Source: Marsupella aquatica
Taxonomy: Eukaryota; Plantae; Marchantiophyta
Assembly (NCBI GenBank): GCA_973895155.1
Contig: OZ316896.1
Coordinates: forward strand, 434,001 to 498,000
DNA: 64,000 nucleotides
Direction: 5' to 3'
The notes below the pieces were generated by a model. The model was not told the DNA's origin. It saw only the letters and a list, made by a program, of their open reading frames with translations, and searched no databases. Positions 25,618-38,465 of the stretch are shown one piece after another. Numbering within the stretch: the stretch's first letter is position 1; each line of letters starts with the position of its first letter. Both the position numbers and the translations under genes were made by a program.

Positions 25618-28600
25618 TGCAAGTAGAGTTATTTATCAATGTGTGACTATTTGTATATGGATTACTCATTCCTGTTAGGTTACGGGTTAGTTCTAGTTAA
25701 CCCTTAGTTAACCCTTGTGGTTTTTAGGGGGAGACCTGGTTTGGTGATTGTCTAAAACTTCCCGCTGAGGAATCCATATGGTAGCATTTAGTCCAGTCCC
25801 CAAGACAAGAGTCAAGGGGGAGTTTGTTAGATATTGCTCTAGTCTTGTGACTCATGAGCTAACCATAGTTAGTCTAACTTGGGTTAGGACTTAGCTAATG
25901 TTAGCGATAGTGTTGTTGTGCATATAACCAGGGCTGATGCCAGACCTTGGTGGAACTTAGACTCATTGTTACGGAGCTAGTTGAGAGATAGGGAGAGCTT
26001 GTGCTATGGAAGCTTGGTATGGCCGGTCGGCCTAGAGTGCAGTAAAGCTCTTGTGTGTTCCCGTGGACGTAGTCTCATGTGGAGGTGAACCACGTATCTC
26101 TCTGAGTCGACTCTTGTGCGCTGGATGGTTCATGGGCTTGCCGTTACGAATGTCGTCTATGCTCAACAGGAGCCACTCCCAGGGTAGGAAGAGGTAGGAG
26201 CCAACCTAGTCAGTTGGCTTGCCCGTGGCCACCGTCACAGTGGCCAAACTCACCACGCATTGGATCATCCATGGGGAGAATGTTCATAAAAACATCCTCC
26301 ATCCAAAACATTTGTGCTACTTGAAGACCCAAGGGTTCAAGCTCCTCTCCGCCCTTCCATGGAACACTTGCCGGTACTACGGGCAGGACATGACGGAGTT
26401 TATCCAAAACTTTGACGAGGCCTGCCAGGAAACCTATGCACAAGGATGAGTGATGTCCCTATCCAAGGCAGGGCTCAAGCTCATCTTTGGCCTACCTAAA
26501 GGAAAGGATTGGGTGGAATCATGGGCACCAGGTGGCAAGGGAGCCATGTACCACTTGTCCAGTTTCACACCCGATGGGTTGGTCGACAACAGCTTCTTCA
26601 TGCGGACGTGTATCATCCTGGAGGTAGCGGAGTAGCTTGAGTTTCAGTAGTATGCGCCCCACATGATGAAGCCATGGGGGAGATATTCGCTGCACAAGTA
26701 ATTCAGGTGGAGACTTATCGGCCAAGGAAGTGGGCCTATTTCTTCGTTAAGAAGTTCCATGAGGAGATGGAGCGGCGAAGGAAGACCTTGGTCATCGGGG
26801 GAAAGGCGTACCTGGCCAGCCACATTGAAATCATCATGGAGTGGTACGCTTGTTTTGATCACCGACGCTTCCCTGATGCAACAAGCCAGAGATCATTCAA
26901 TCTTGATAGGTCTTCCTAGCTCTAGAGAGGCGGGCCCAACCCAAAGCCCAAACTCTAGCACCTGTAGCCTGCACCTCCGCTCCGACCCCGAGGCCGACTA
27001 AGGAGGTTCCCCTTCTTTGCCGGACACTGTGGTTATTGCACCCGTGGAGGCGCAAAACCAGGCTCGGGCAACCATCTCAGACAGCCCCCCTGGTAGCTGA
27101 TTCCGTGCCAAATGCCCCCGCCACAGAGGAGTCCCCAGTATCCCCCGCACCGGCCCCAACAGGTCCCTCTTCCTCAACAGAACCACCACTCCCCGCCCAC
27201 CTCATCCCACTGCTGGACTTATCCACCCCCACCCTCAACCAAGCCGAGGTAGGGCCATGCATGTCCAAACCCCGGTGTGCATAGTCTGGTAAACCCATAA
27301 TTTTTTGGTCTGGGTATGTTTTTGAATGGGTTGCTTGGCGACTCCTCCTTGGAAGTCGGTCAAGATTTAGGGGAGTTTATGGCCTGCAAGATGGCTTACT
27401 TCTTCACCCAAGAACTGGTTGCAGCGGTAAAGGCAGGTCACGCCCAGGCCAAGTTGTGAAGAGAATAGAGCAGTAGATCAGGTTGAGGCAACCCAACTAT
27501 TAGACAAGCCCGAGAGACCAAGGTACAACTCCTTCGGCCCCAACTTGCGACCGCCCTAGGCCAGAATACCAAAGCTGAAGCCCTGGCCTTGCAAGCTGGA
27601 GGCGGTAAGGATGCAAAGATCGCGCAGCTTCGGACACAGATCAATGGCTTGAAGGGACAAGCTATCACCTGGCAGCAGGACCTGGAGGAGGCCAAAGTCT
27701 GGGCTGAGCGGGATGCAATGGAGGTCGACGCCCTAAAAGCGGACATAGTGCGACTCAAGTAGGAGCCACAACTTGGGACCAACTGATGGCGTAGCTGACG
27801 AGCGACTCCCAGTAGTTGGAAGAGTTGTGCCAAGACGCAGCGAACGAGACAGATGTGACAAAGAGGGAGAATGAGTCCCTCAGTGATCAGGTCCGACTAC
27901 TAAAGCAGGATGCCAACCGTCTAAGGAGTCAGCGGGATGCCTATTCTGGGTCCGGCCTGGCTGGGTCTGGCAAGCGCGCCAGACATTAGCGGTGGGGTAG
28001 TTTTAGACAAATGCCGAAACTAGTTAGCGGCACTATCTTATCAGGCCGACTCCACTTAGCGTAGAATCTTAGGATAGGACGCGCCGTTTTGCATTATGAC
28101 AGATAGAGGTAGCATAGGTTAGACTCGACGTTGTTGGCTGGTCCAGGCCGCGGCCCTTAGATAGTATGTAGTGCACCCCCCCGTAAGGTAGGGGGACTTT
28201 AGGTTCAGAACCAGGTATCCATAAGATGTGTGGGGAGTCTCGTCCAGGTTTGGGAATAGAGAGCACCAACGGGTGGATGTGTGACTAATCTCGCTAGGTG
28301 AGTGCAGAGCCGGACTCCATTGTAGTGTGTAGTTCACCGCCATTGGGCCTGCTAGTTTAGGAGAAGTCAGCCATGTGTATGTGTATGACGGATTGTGAAG
28401 TAAAAAGTCTTTACCCCACCATTTCCTTCGTGTAAATTGGGATTGAATGTTGTGAGTCCAGTCACAATTGCTAGTCCCGTATACGAGTAGAAACGCTTGG
28501 CCGAACGCATTATGCGAGCCATGCACAGGGTGCCAGCAGCAAGTAGTGGTTGCGAGCCCTGGTTGAAGGCCGTACGTATCATCGGATCCAGATCGGAGGC

Positions 28601-29603
28601 GGACAACACGAAGGCTTAGAAGTCCTTAGGCCCGGGTTGGTTGGAGCTATCAACATAAGGTACATTCCGATGGCGGAACACAAAGTATATCTGTGGTAAG
28701 TGTTTGTGTATAGTCAGATGCTCTTAGTGCTAGTTTGTACAAATAAAGATGGATCGCACATCTCTCTTTGCCTGAACCCTCAATACTAATGAAGTTTATG
28801 CCATCCTAAGCCAAAATCCGTGTAAGGACCAGTCTTTTGGTGTGACAGGCTTCTAAGACTCTAGATCTTAACTCCATGGCTCATCATGTGGATGGGAAAC
28901 TCGCAACTATGATATATGTCAAACTATAGTCATGCATGTTTTTTGTCATGAATTTTATTTACATTAAGAAATAGACTCTATGACCCCACCACAACATATG
29001 TGACATAGAAAGAGTGATATGCATAGAAGTATCATGGTATGTTATTTACATTAAGAAATAGACTCTATGACCCCATCACAACATATGTGGTATAGAAAGA
29101 GTGATATGCATAGAATAATGGTATCTATGATTATTAAAATGATAATATGCATTCATTATTTTTATTATCATTTTATTATAATATATTTTGGTGACATTGT
29201 TATTATACTCCCCGTCACGTTCAAAAGAAAGGGAACTGGGTAGTCACGGGCTAGTAAGGAGAATAGCGAATGCGAAAAGAGACTACTAGCAATGATAATA
29301 ATGACTTGTGCGACGGAGGGTAGTGGATTCCTTCGCCATAGATGAAAGGAAAAAATTATATCTTTTCGAGCAGGGCATGCGCGATTGTGATCGTCCTACG
29401 GTAGATCGTTGGACACTGCTGTTGCCTAGCTATGGTGGACAGACCTTCTTCTCCCTCGTGGGCCTCTGCCCGTGTAGCCCTTGCGTACCCGCTTACGAAA
29501 CTGGACGAAGCTCGCTGATGCTGTCGAGCAGTGGAGGTGACACAATTCATTCAGTAGTGTACCGTGGCAAGACTCAAATCGGACAATTGGGGCTGGAACG
29601 ACG

Positions 29604-32600
29604 ATGGGGGACTTCATGGCGGCTTTACTGCCAGCATCAGTAGCAGCTATGCCAGGGAAGCTTTCCATCGCTGTCAGCCCTGCGATTACCAGCAGCAGTA
29701 GCAGCAGCAGCAGCCGTAGGAGAAACCATTCAATCAGTTCTCGGGTGGAATCAATCGCCCCGTGTGGCAAAGGTGTCTTTCGTGTAAGGGCCAAAACCCT
29801 ATACCCGGGCACGGATGAAGTGGACCGGCTTATTGGCTTTGACCCTTGTCGTGTCCTTCGGTTCGGGTAGCTCGTCTGCTTCATGGCTGTGAAAATACTG
29901 TTTCGTGTTTGGTGTTGAGCTTGTTCTTTTGCTTTGATCCGCAGAATTCGCTGACCTTCGAAACTATTGTTTGGTGTTTCCCAGCGGAGGAAATTGCTGG
30001 TATTAGCTAGTCCTACGTTCTTGGGCAGTCAACTCTCCCCACATCCGTTGACAGACCCAAAATTCGTTCCGCCTGATTGGCGCCCTAAGGCTCATTCGAA
30101 TCAGAGTGTGTCGCTGGGAACACCCGTCAAAGGTGTTTTTCTTAACCTGTCTGCCTATGTTTTTGAATTCATATAGACATGAATTCCTGATACAACCGAA
30201 TGACGTCTTAATGTAACAAATTCCAAATGCATACTGTTCTTGCATTGGTTCAGATGTCGTACTGACAGACGACACCCGCCATTAACTTTACAAGCTTTCT
30301 CGTGTTTTGAGTATGGAGGTCCTTTTCGCCCACTTAATAATACTACTCTGCTTCTCCGCATCGAATTGAATGTGTTTTATTCTTAATTGAACTAGTATAT
30401 TTTCGTGTTGAATCTAATTACCTCTTACGCTAAGTTAGGTCATGGAGTCGCTGTCTGTATGCCTCCTCGGGCATTGGACTAAGAAGTTGTTCTCTGAATA
30501 AGGTTAACTGGCTCCTCTTGTTCTAATGATTCTAGACTTGTTCTCTCAGCCCAATGCCAAGGTCTGCAGTGAATTGCTTAAATTAAATTCATATGGAATT
30601 AAACGATTCGGTTGATGCTCTCTGGGACGTGATAACGAGAGACTTTGCTCCGTGTAAGGGTAGCCAGCCTGCTCTATGGGCCATGTTTTTTGTCGAAGGA
30701 GTGCTGACTCTGAAACAGGGTACATGTGCAGCCTTTTTGGATCGTGAGTTGCACACAGTTCTTGAGCTAGCCAGCGACGCTGAACTGTTGGACGTGTCCA
30801 ATATTTTGTATGGTAATAGGTAAATTAGTAACTTCTGTTATGGCCAAGAGTATGTTGTTGTTTTGTGTAGTACCAAACAGAAATTTTGTAAACTATGAAC
30901 ATGGATTCAGTGAGGTTTGTTTCATTTGCTTTGCGACTTATTCATTTACTTAGCGACGTCTTTCTTTCTTTAGATTTTGAGCAAACGTATTTTTTCCTTG
31001 GTGGTGAAATATTATAAATGATTTATCAGAACATTGATTTTCGGAGATGTGATCCGGCTGTTTGTGAAAGTCTACAGCAGTGGGTGTCTGATAACTGTTT
31101 ACAGCGTGGAAACTTAAGCGAATGTGTGGCAGTGCGTTTGATGTACAGCTTGTTGAGTCCACTGCTCAAATCCTTCACACCGGGAGATGCCTCTGTTGGG
31201 GACCATGATGGTCAGCCCCCCAAGAACCAGGCAGACAGAGATGCCTTGATGATTAGGCTCGAGTCACGATTTTTATTTCTTGCTGCAGATGCAAAGGCTG
31301 TTCTGAGGTACACAATGGTCTGTGTATGCTTTGGCTCATCTCTGGCTCACTGCTTGTTTGGGAGTAATATGCTCTTTAGAGACATTAATATATAAGTTTC
31401 GAAGCTCTCGTATGTCAAAGTCAACCTGTTACTTGTACATCTTTGGCCCATTGTTTCCTTAGGCTGTGTTAAGTTCAATTAGACACTATTTCTCCTAAGT
31501 TATATATCGTTGGCGTGCTTCCCCTTCCGAGCTAATCATACCTCTTCTTTGTGTTCGCCTTGTAGTGGTCGTAGGCCCTCATATCGGAGTGTTTTGTTGC
31601 AAGTAAGGAAGAAGCTTCAAATTCCATGTGCAGCTGACCTCGCCACTGAGGATATTGAATCTGAAATATTTCTTCATCTACTTCAGCAGTATTCTCGGTA
31701 TGACTCTGTGAGTAGCTGCTAATAGTTGACTTGTATGTAATCATCTCGTTACTTGGAATTTGTTTACACTGCAATGACAATTTAACCTGATTCTGAGGAA
31801 CTTGATTTATGTACATGGAAGCACTCTGGTGTCAATATTGGACAGTCAACCATTAAATGTCCAGTATTGGGAATCTTTAGGTGGAAGGAATTAATTTATC
31901 GTTGACACTTGGACGATATATATTTTAACACAACTTTTTTCTCAAAGTGAGCTTGGCTTCCGAAATAGTTGAGACTTTCATCTGACAGCATCGTGGTGTA
32001 TGGGACTCCGTGCGGCAGGAAACCAACGGCACCTCCTCAAGCTTCTTTGAAGGTTCTTGGACGCTCTTCCGCGGGAGCAAAGAACAGACGGCGGCATGGT
32101 GGTCTACCATCTATCATGAAGCTTCGAGGCAAAGAGCTTCTCTCCGTTGTCCTTAAGGGAGGAGGTGCTGTAACTGTATCTACGCTACAACGTTTCGTAA
32201 GTACAATTGTCAAAATAGTGTCTCAAGTTCTTTGAACTTCGTTTCACTTCAGGGAATTTTGTTGCATCTGAGATCTTGTGCACAAGACATTTAAATTTAC
32301 CATACTCCAGATTCTTCCGACATTTATCAGCTCGGTCTAGTCAGTTCCAGCGTGTGTCGACTTTCCATCAGTGACTTTTTCCTCTTCTTTTGACTGAGTT
32401 GTGTGTTAGACTTCCGAGAGCGGCAAGTGGTTTTCCTTTACTCACAGGCCTATGGCATCAAGAATTATGCATAATCAAGCTCTTTAGGTAGCAGAAATTC
32501 CGAGTGAAACCTCGTCTCGTTCTATCTTATCAGGTTTTCAAGAAGCTCTCAGGAAAGCTGTTGGTCGAGACAGCACGCTATCAGCTGGCGAAGGAAGCCT

Positions 32601-33765
32601 TAGTCAAGGTGTGGAAACTGCGAGAATTCACATGAATTTTCTGTTTGAAGGGTGCGAAGGATGGTGAAATGTTGTTGCGATTCTTGGTTCCCAGAGACTT
32701 TCTGCTGGAGCCAATATGTTGCCTAGATAGGCTATTTCTACTTTCCCTTCCGTTTCTGCGCAGGTTGGATGGGTTGAAAACGGAAAGAGGGGGTGTACTA
32801 TTTTCAGTTCCATATGTTACGAGATATCTTAATCTAATTAATGAACGTTTCGGGATGAGGAACGATTTTTGAATATTCAGATTGATAGCGTTTACGCAAG
32901 GAGGGACTTGGAGTGAACGACTCACTCAGTATTCATTGGATTGTAACAGACTGGACAAGTGGCAGCAATGTTAGAGACACGAGTGGCAGTTCTTGCAGCA
33001 AAGCAGGTGTGAAGAATGCATCCAGGAGAATGTTTTTCTAATTCTCGTTGATCAGTCTGTAAAGAGGGAAAACAATCGTGAGGTCGTATCTAAAGGTTAT
33101 TCGACCTTGGCACCATTAAAGATACGCACCCTGACTTATGCCTCCTTCCTTGCAGGGACTTGTAGGAGCGGCTAAGCGCTTTATTGCTGTACGAAGTGCT
33201 ATGTCAATTCTTGGTCCAATGTATGTATATCAAGCCTCTTGTTAATCTCTGCGAAGTTTCATCCCTGCAGTTATATGACGTTAGTGGCAGTTTACACCAT
33301 CCACGATTTCTTCCCTCTGGAACTCACAGGAATACAAGACTTCAGTGATTTTAGCGATCCACCCTTATTGCCTTCAAACGTTTTGTGATGACAGGCTTTG
33401 GGGAACTTTGCTGGCCGACATGCTCATCAGTGCAGTCGGTACAGATTATGCCAGAGTAGTACGTGCCATTTACGCATTTGCCCAAGTAAGTTATGTCCAC
33501 ATGTATAATTTCTCTTAGTGGGGTTTCTTTCTGCCTTCTGGATGTCTCTCTGTCATCTAGGAGGTCACTTCAATGAGATCACTGAATATGGTATTGTTTT
33601 CAAGGCAAGTGAAGTATAAATTTTCTTGCAGGATAACTAATAGCAATGTGTCTGATTCAACGAATGCTATGGTTTTTATTGCATTCTAAGCAAGTGTTTG
33701 ATTTCAACCTGCAGATACGATTGGTTCGGGCATATAGTTGGGATGATACCAACCGAGTGTTGTGA
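29604..33765 (+). CDS. multi-exon YaaW/UPF0174-like conserved plant/cyanobacterial protein with putative transit peptide
   Basis: Exon peptides ELHTVLELASDAEL, LESRFLFLAADA, SYRSVLLQVRKKL...DIESEIFLHLL, LGPMLWG, TDYARVVRAIYAFAQIRL match my recollection of cyanobacterial YaaW-like proteins. Ser-rich N-terminus. The 5' exon junctions were not fully resolved. Confidence 0.8.
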
Positions 33766-35198
33766 TTGATGGGCATTCTCGTGTTAGATATTCCGTCAAA
33801 TCGACCCCTATGATTTGTGTAAATGTATAGATAGGTTTTCTTGGATGGCTCACTTGAAGAGGTGTACATAAAAGCTGTGAATTTAGTTCTCAACCAATTT
33901 AGGACTAATTTTTGGGGCATCAGCCTCAACAATTTGCCTATCTGTCTGGTTCATTGGCTATCACATGTGACGTTCCGGTCATGTTGAAATGTAAGTATTT
34001 CTGTATATGGAGAAGAAAACTAGTGTAGGCTTTCACTCACCACCTTGCGTCCACCATTGTTTCACGGATGGGTAAATGAGCGAACGTCACATGGACCTGG
34101 GGCGAATCGGCCTGTCCACCTAATTCAGACCGTCAGTGTTTAGGAAGTGATATGCAGATCCTCCGTGTTATTTTTTTGACGGAGAACTACCTGGCCCCCT
34201 TCTTGGCCGCCACCTCATAGAAGAAAGTGAGGAAGGGGAAATCCCCCTATCGAGCCATTCTCGGGATATTCTCTCATACTAAGTCCACTTAGCACAGCCT
34301 ACTTTTTAAAAAATGTCCCATGTTAAGGTTACAAGCCCCCCTTACGAGCTAATTTACACAAAGATCTTAAGTAAGCACATCTACAATTACTTTAAAGTTG
34401 TAAGATCCTCCGGCCTGAACTTATATATAGCATGTTTGTCTTAGTGCCTTCCTCTTCTAACTTATTCAAAAGGTATATGAATGCTACGGTTGTTCCTATA
34501 TCATATTTATTTAAAGGAATCATTTATTATAAAATTAAAAAATGATTATAAAGCTTCAAACAGGGATCAAGGGGGTGAAATCAATCTGCATAGAACCTGC
34601 AGGGAGTGGATTGAAGGTTTACATTTAGAGTGCATTTGAAATCTTTGGTACTGTCCCCAATGGCATGGCAAAGTATTTGAAATGTTTATTCTAACAAGAA
34701 CAACTCTCCTTGAAAAACATGAGTTTCCACAACAGAAAAATTACTCTAAGGGCTCTTTATGACAAGAGCAACACTCTCTAAAAAATATATAATTCTCAAC
34801 AATAGTCCCTTAGAACCTCAGGTAACTTTGCATGACTTTCCACAACAGAAAAATTACTCAAAGCCCTCTTTATTACAAGAGCTATTTCACCTTAGTCTAT
34901 TGATTTGTGATAATTATTTCTAGAAAAAAGAAAGTGAAAAGTTCTACTTTTGCAACATTCTGATATTCAGATCTAAAAATTATTTGACCTGAAAATTGGA
35001 GTTTCATAGTTTACTTGTAAATACTTTTTCAAATATTGACTACTGAAAAAATGTAAGTATTGATACTCTGTCTAAGGAACTTTGCTACAAAGAAAGGCAT
35101 TATAAGTAGACTTTAGATTGAGAGTTATTTCCTTTTGAAATTCCTTTTCCATTAAAAATTAACATAACATGTCTTTCCATTAAAAATTAATAAGATCA

Positions 35199-35565
35199 CA
35201 AGTTAAGGCATCTTGGTGCCCACATCCGCAAGGTTGATGTACTTTTTTACCCCAATTATAACTTTAAACTGAGAAGGTTACAAGTTAAGGCATACTGGTG
35301 CGCACATCCGCAAGGGTCGGTGTACTGTTTGACCCCAATTGTAACTTTAAAATTGATAAGGTTACAAGTTAAGACATATTGGTGCGCACATCCACAAGGC
35401 TCGGTGTACTGTTTGACCCCGATTGTAACTTTAAAATTGATAAGGCTACAAGTTAAGACATTCTGGTGCACACATCCGCAAGGGTAGGTGTACTATTTGA
35501 CCCCAATTGTAACTTTGAAATGGATAAGGTTATAAGTTAAGACATTAAGGTGCACACATCCGTAA
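35199..35565. repeat. 84-bp minisatellite, ~4.5 copies
   Basis: (c/t)aagttaa(g/a)... recurs at 35199, 35281, 35365, 35449 and 35533. Confidence 0.9.
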
Positions 35566-36254
35566 GTAGCCTTAGAGTAACTAAGATTGGATTAAGACAA
35601 AGTCGGAATATCAATATATTTTTAACTCACAATTTGGAGCTAAGTTTGAGTTTCAACTTTAACTCTAGATTTCCCTTGCTTTCATCTATCCCATAGAGAA
35701 TGTTTAGCCCATTTGGTTGAGTAGAACAAAATTGAATCTTTTTAGAGATCCATGTTGATTTTGGCTTCAACTTAGTTGACCCACATTAGTGGCCCATATT
35801 TAATAATAATTAATGTTTCCCAGTTTTTGAGTGACAACTAGCTTAGATTTGACATGGGTTATACTTCTCACACACGTTACTATTCTTGCATGCGTTTCCA
35901 TTGTTGCACACATGGCAATTCTTACACGAGCTACTTTATTGTGCATCAACCACATTGCTCAACTCTCATCATTGATCAACAAACATCAATGGCTAAGACT
36001 AGCTTGTTATCTCATTTTATTGCCCCAAGTACTATCCAAGTTTTGTTTAAATTTGGGATCAAAGAATGTGTATCATTCCTGCAAATGAACCCAAAATTTT
36101 CTTCACGGTTGCCACACATATGTCTTCAATGGTCACACGAGTGATATGACAAGTTGCACAATCTCCACCATTGATAAGTAAAATCCAACGGATAAGAATT
36201 AATGGATGACGTGGAATTTTCTCTGAATTTACAAATTTGCAAGAGTCTCTAACT

Positions 36255-37610
36255 GGACCCGTAAACAGTAACATAAAAACTATAATAATATTACTCTCTT
36301 GTGGTTCATTGTGCTCGACGGTGCCCCATGACCGCAGGGCAGCCATCAAACTCCGGAAGAGATCGTGACCGTAGGATTTACAGCTTCATGGACAATGGCA
36401 TCGTAGCACCGTCATCAGTGTGATTGCGGCGCACTCGGACTCAATCAGTCTCAGACTAATTACTGACAGACTGATAGTGGATGGGAGTTGATTGGGACGT
36501 CCTCCAACTTCTTGTCCCCAAACAAGGTCTACTCTCGGGGGGTTAACTTAGTGTATATTTTGGGGTACCACGTGCGATCCTAGCCTAATATAAACACACC
36601 TATTTTATAATGGGAATATTCGAATAAATTCTCTATTTTCAATAATAATAACATATTTTACTTTATAAAAGGTATATATTAGAGAATATTCTACAAATAT
36701 AGGTTTATAATACCTTCTTTTGTTTCCTACGCTTTTTAAAAATTTAGCTAACTTATATGAAAAATACATATTTTGGATCGCACGTGGTTCCTAAGATTGT
36801 TGATAGTCAACCCCCTGAGGGTCTACTGGACTTTTCATAGGGAAAGGTCTGTAGAAAGTGCCTTAACAAAAAGGTCTTGCAAATGTCATGTGAATTCTGC
36901 ATGCCACCATTTGGGAACGTAGGAGGGGAGGGAGGCCCGAGGAGGCCCGAGGAGGCCCGGGGAGTATGAATCATTTGTTTCGGTTGGTTGTATATCAAAT
37001 TTAGGTAGAGTAAAATTTTGTACTCTGCTTTTACGCAAAAAATGAAAGTTTGACAGTGTCTGTGTGGAAGACGGCGATTCCTCAATGCAAGAAAGTCTTC
37101 AATGTGAAGTCTTTAAATGAATAAATGGGGATAGGAGGGTGTCATGAACTGATTTTAGTTTACTACTGTTGGCTCTTGTCAGATTCCTTCTCAATTATCT
37201 ATTTACTGTTCATTAGTGGATCCCACTGGGCATTAAGTTTCCTCTACGAAGATCCCACTTGTGAATCTTACTCTACAGAATTACAATAGAGCCCCAAAAC
37301 TACTTTCCAAACAAAGAGTAGGACAGACATCACTAATGACATAAAACAAATAATCCAGGGATCGTCTACGTAGCTTTTCTTCAAAAAGGCAACTGAGGAC
37401 TAGCGTAATTAAAGTGGGAGGGCTTGAAGGTGGATAAAGTTGTTGGCAAAGTGGAGGTGAGTGAGGAGGCTGTGGAAGGGCTTGAAGGCGGATAACAATG
37501 TTGGCAAAGGGGAGGCGCCTTCTCACTCGCTTGTTGGGTCCTCGCTTGGGCGTCGACGGTTGGAGGCAGAGGCAGACGTTGCATTGAGTTGAATTTTATT
37601 GCAGGCGATT
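36255..37610 (+). repeat. diverged partial duplicate of the GOX upstream region and leader, lacking the CDS
   Basis: 36255-36475 matches ~40360-40580. 37470-37610 matches ~41550-41655 and stops at ttgcaggcgatt, just before the position of the GOX ATG. Confidence 0.8.
36534..36819. mobile_element. 286-bp MITE with CTCGGGGG termini
   Basis: 8-bp TSD ggtctact at 36526-36533 and 36820-36827. TIRs ctcggggggttaact / agtcaaccccctgag. Subterminal inverted ccacgtgcgatcc. Confidence 0.9.
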
Positions 37611-38183
37611 ATAGTTTTCTCAACTCAAAGTAGTTTTCTCAACTCAAAATCCACTAAAGTGCCATCCAATGCCCAAAAAATATCTTCAGTGTTTTAATGC
37701 CTGCTAGCAGAGCATTATGAACCATATTAGCCTCTCAAAACTCAAGCTAAAAGCACTCATTTTTTGGGTCATTCTGACTACTATTGCAAAATCACATTTG
37801 GATGAGGTAATTTATCTTATATTTTCACTATAATTTGTAAAACTATCTCAGCATAATAACATGTGTTACCAGATCATTTGGACCATAATAGACTCCCATA
37901 ACTTGAGCTAAAGCTAATATCACATATATTATTTTTACTCAAACAAGGCCTAAAAAATGTAACTAGGGGGTCCACGAACTAATTAAGAGAGTAAAAGTTT
38001 GTTTTATATCCATATGATGTCTATGCAATGCTGAAAGTTCATTTAATTACATAATGAAGTGACTATAAAGTGCGCGTAGAATCACTCAACATGATAGGCA
38101 TATAAATTGTCATCTTCCAAACAAAGTTTATTTGTGCTGGATTCATTGAAAGAAAAAAATACTACCATTAATTGAGAACAGAA

Positions 38184-38465
38184 CTCAGGAATGAACTAAG
38201 TGTATATTTTGGGTACCACATGCGATATAGTCTAATATAAATAGACTTATTTTATAAAGAAAATATTTCAAAAATGTTCTTTATTTGAATATTAATAATC
38301 TATTTTATTTTATAAAAAGTATATATTAAAGAATATTCTATAAACATGAGTTTATAATACCTTCTTTTGCCTTCTATGTTTTAAAAAAAATTAGTTAATT
38401 TTTATCAAAAATACTTATTTTGGATCGCACGTCATTCCTAAGATTTTTTATAGTCAACCCCCGAG
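38184..38465. mobile_element. older copy of the 36534 MITE
   Basis: Colinear with 36534-36819. Right TIR tagtcaacccccgag is intact; left TIR and TSD are degraded. Confidence 0.8.

Larger units (their letters stand above)
18978..26168 (+). mobile_element. full-length Ty1/copia LTR retrotransposon (element A), defective
   Basis: 344-bp LTRs at 18978-19321 and 25825-26168 (TG...CA, ~8 differences). TSD ggagc. PBS tggtatcagagc (tRNA-iMet) at 19324-19335; PPT at ~25814-25822. Domain order gag-PR-IN-RT-RH. Confidence 0.97.
18180..27989 (+). pseudogene. decayed retrotransposon accessory ORF (plant-mobile-domain/Athila-ORF-like region, Pro-rich linkers, C-terminal coiled coil), split by a copia insertion
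   Basis: The frame of the 18579 ORF continues across the copia TSD into the 26219 ORF. Motifs EFIQNFD...LKLIFGLPKG and WAYFFVKKFHEE; heptad-rich tail ending SGKRARH* at 27987-27989. Most stops are TAG/TGA, compatible with C>T decay; a few frameshifts. Confidence 0.7.
17693..28847 (+). mobile_element. putative very long solo LTR (~3.96 kb after removing the nested copia) with gypsy/chromovirus-like termini and an internal ORF
   Basis: Begins TGTGACGCC and ends GGTGTGACA (imperfect inverted ends). Perfect 5-bp TSD ggctt at 17688-17692 and 28848-28852. No internal direct repeat, PBS, PPT or gag/pol of its own was seen. aataaa lies near the 3' end (~28742). Confidence 0.7.
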
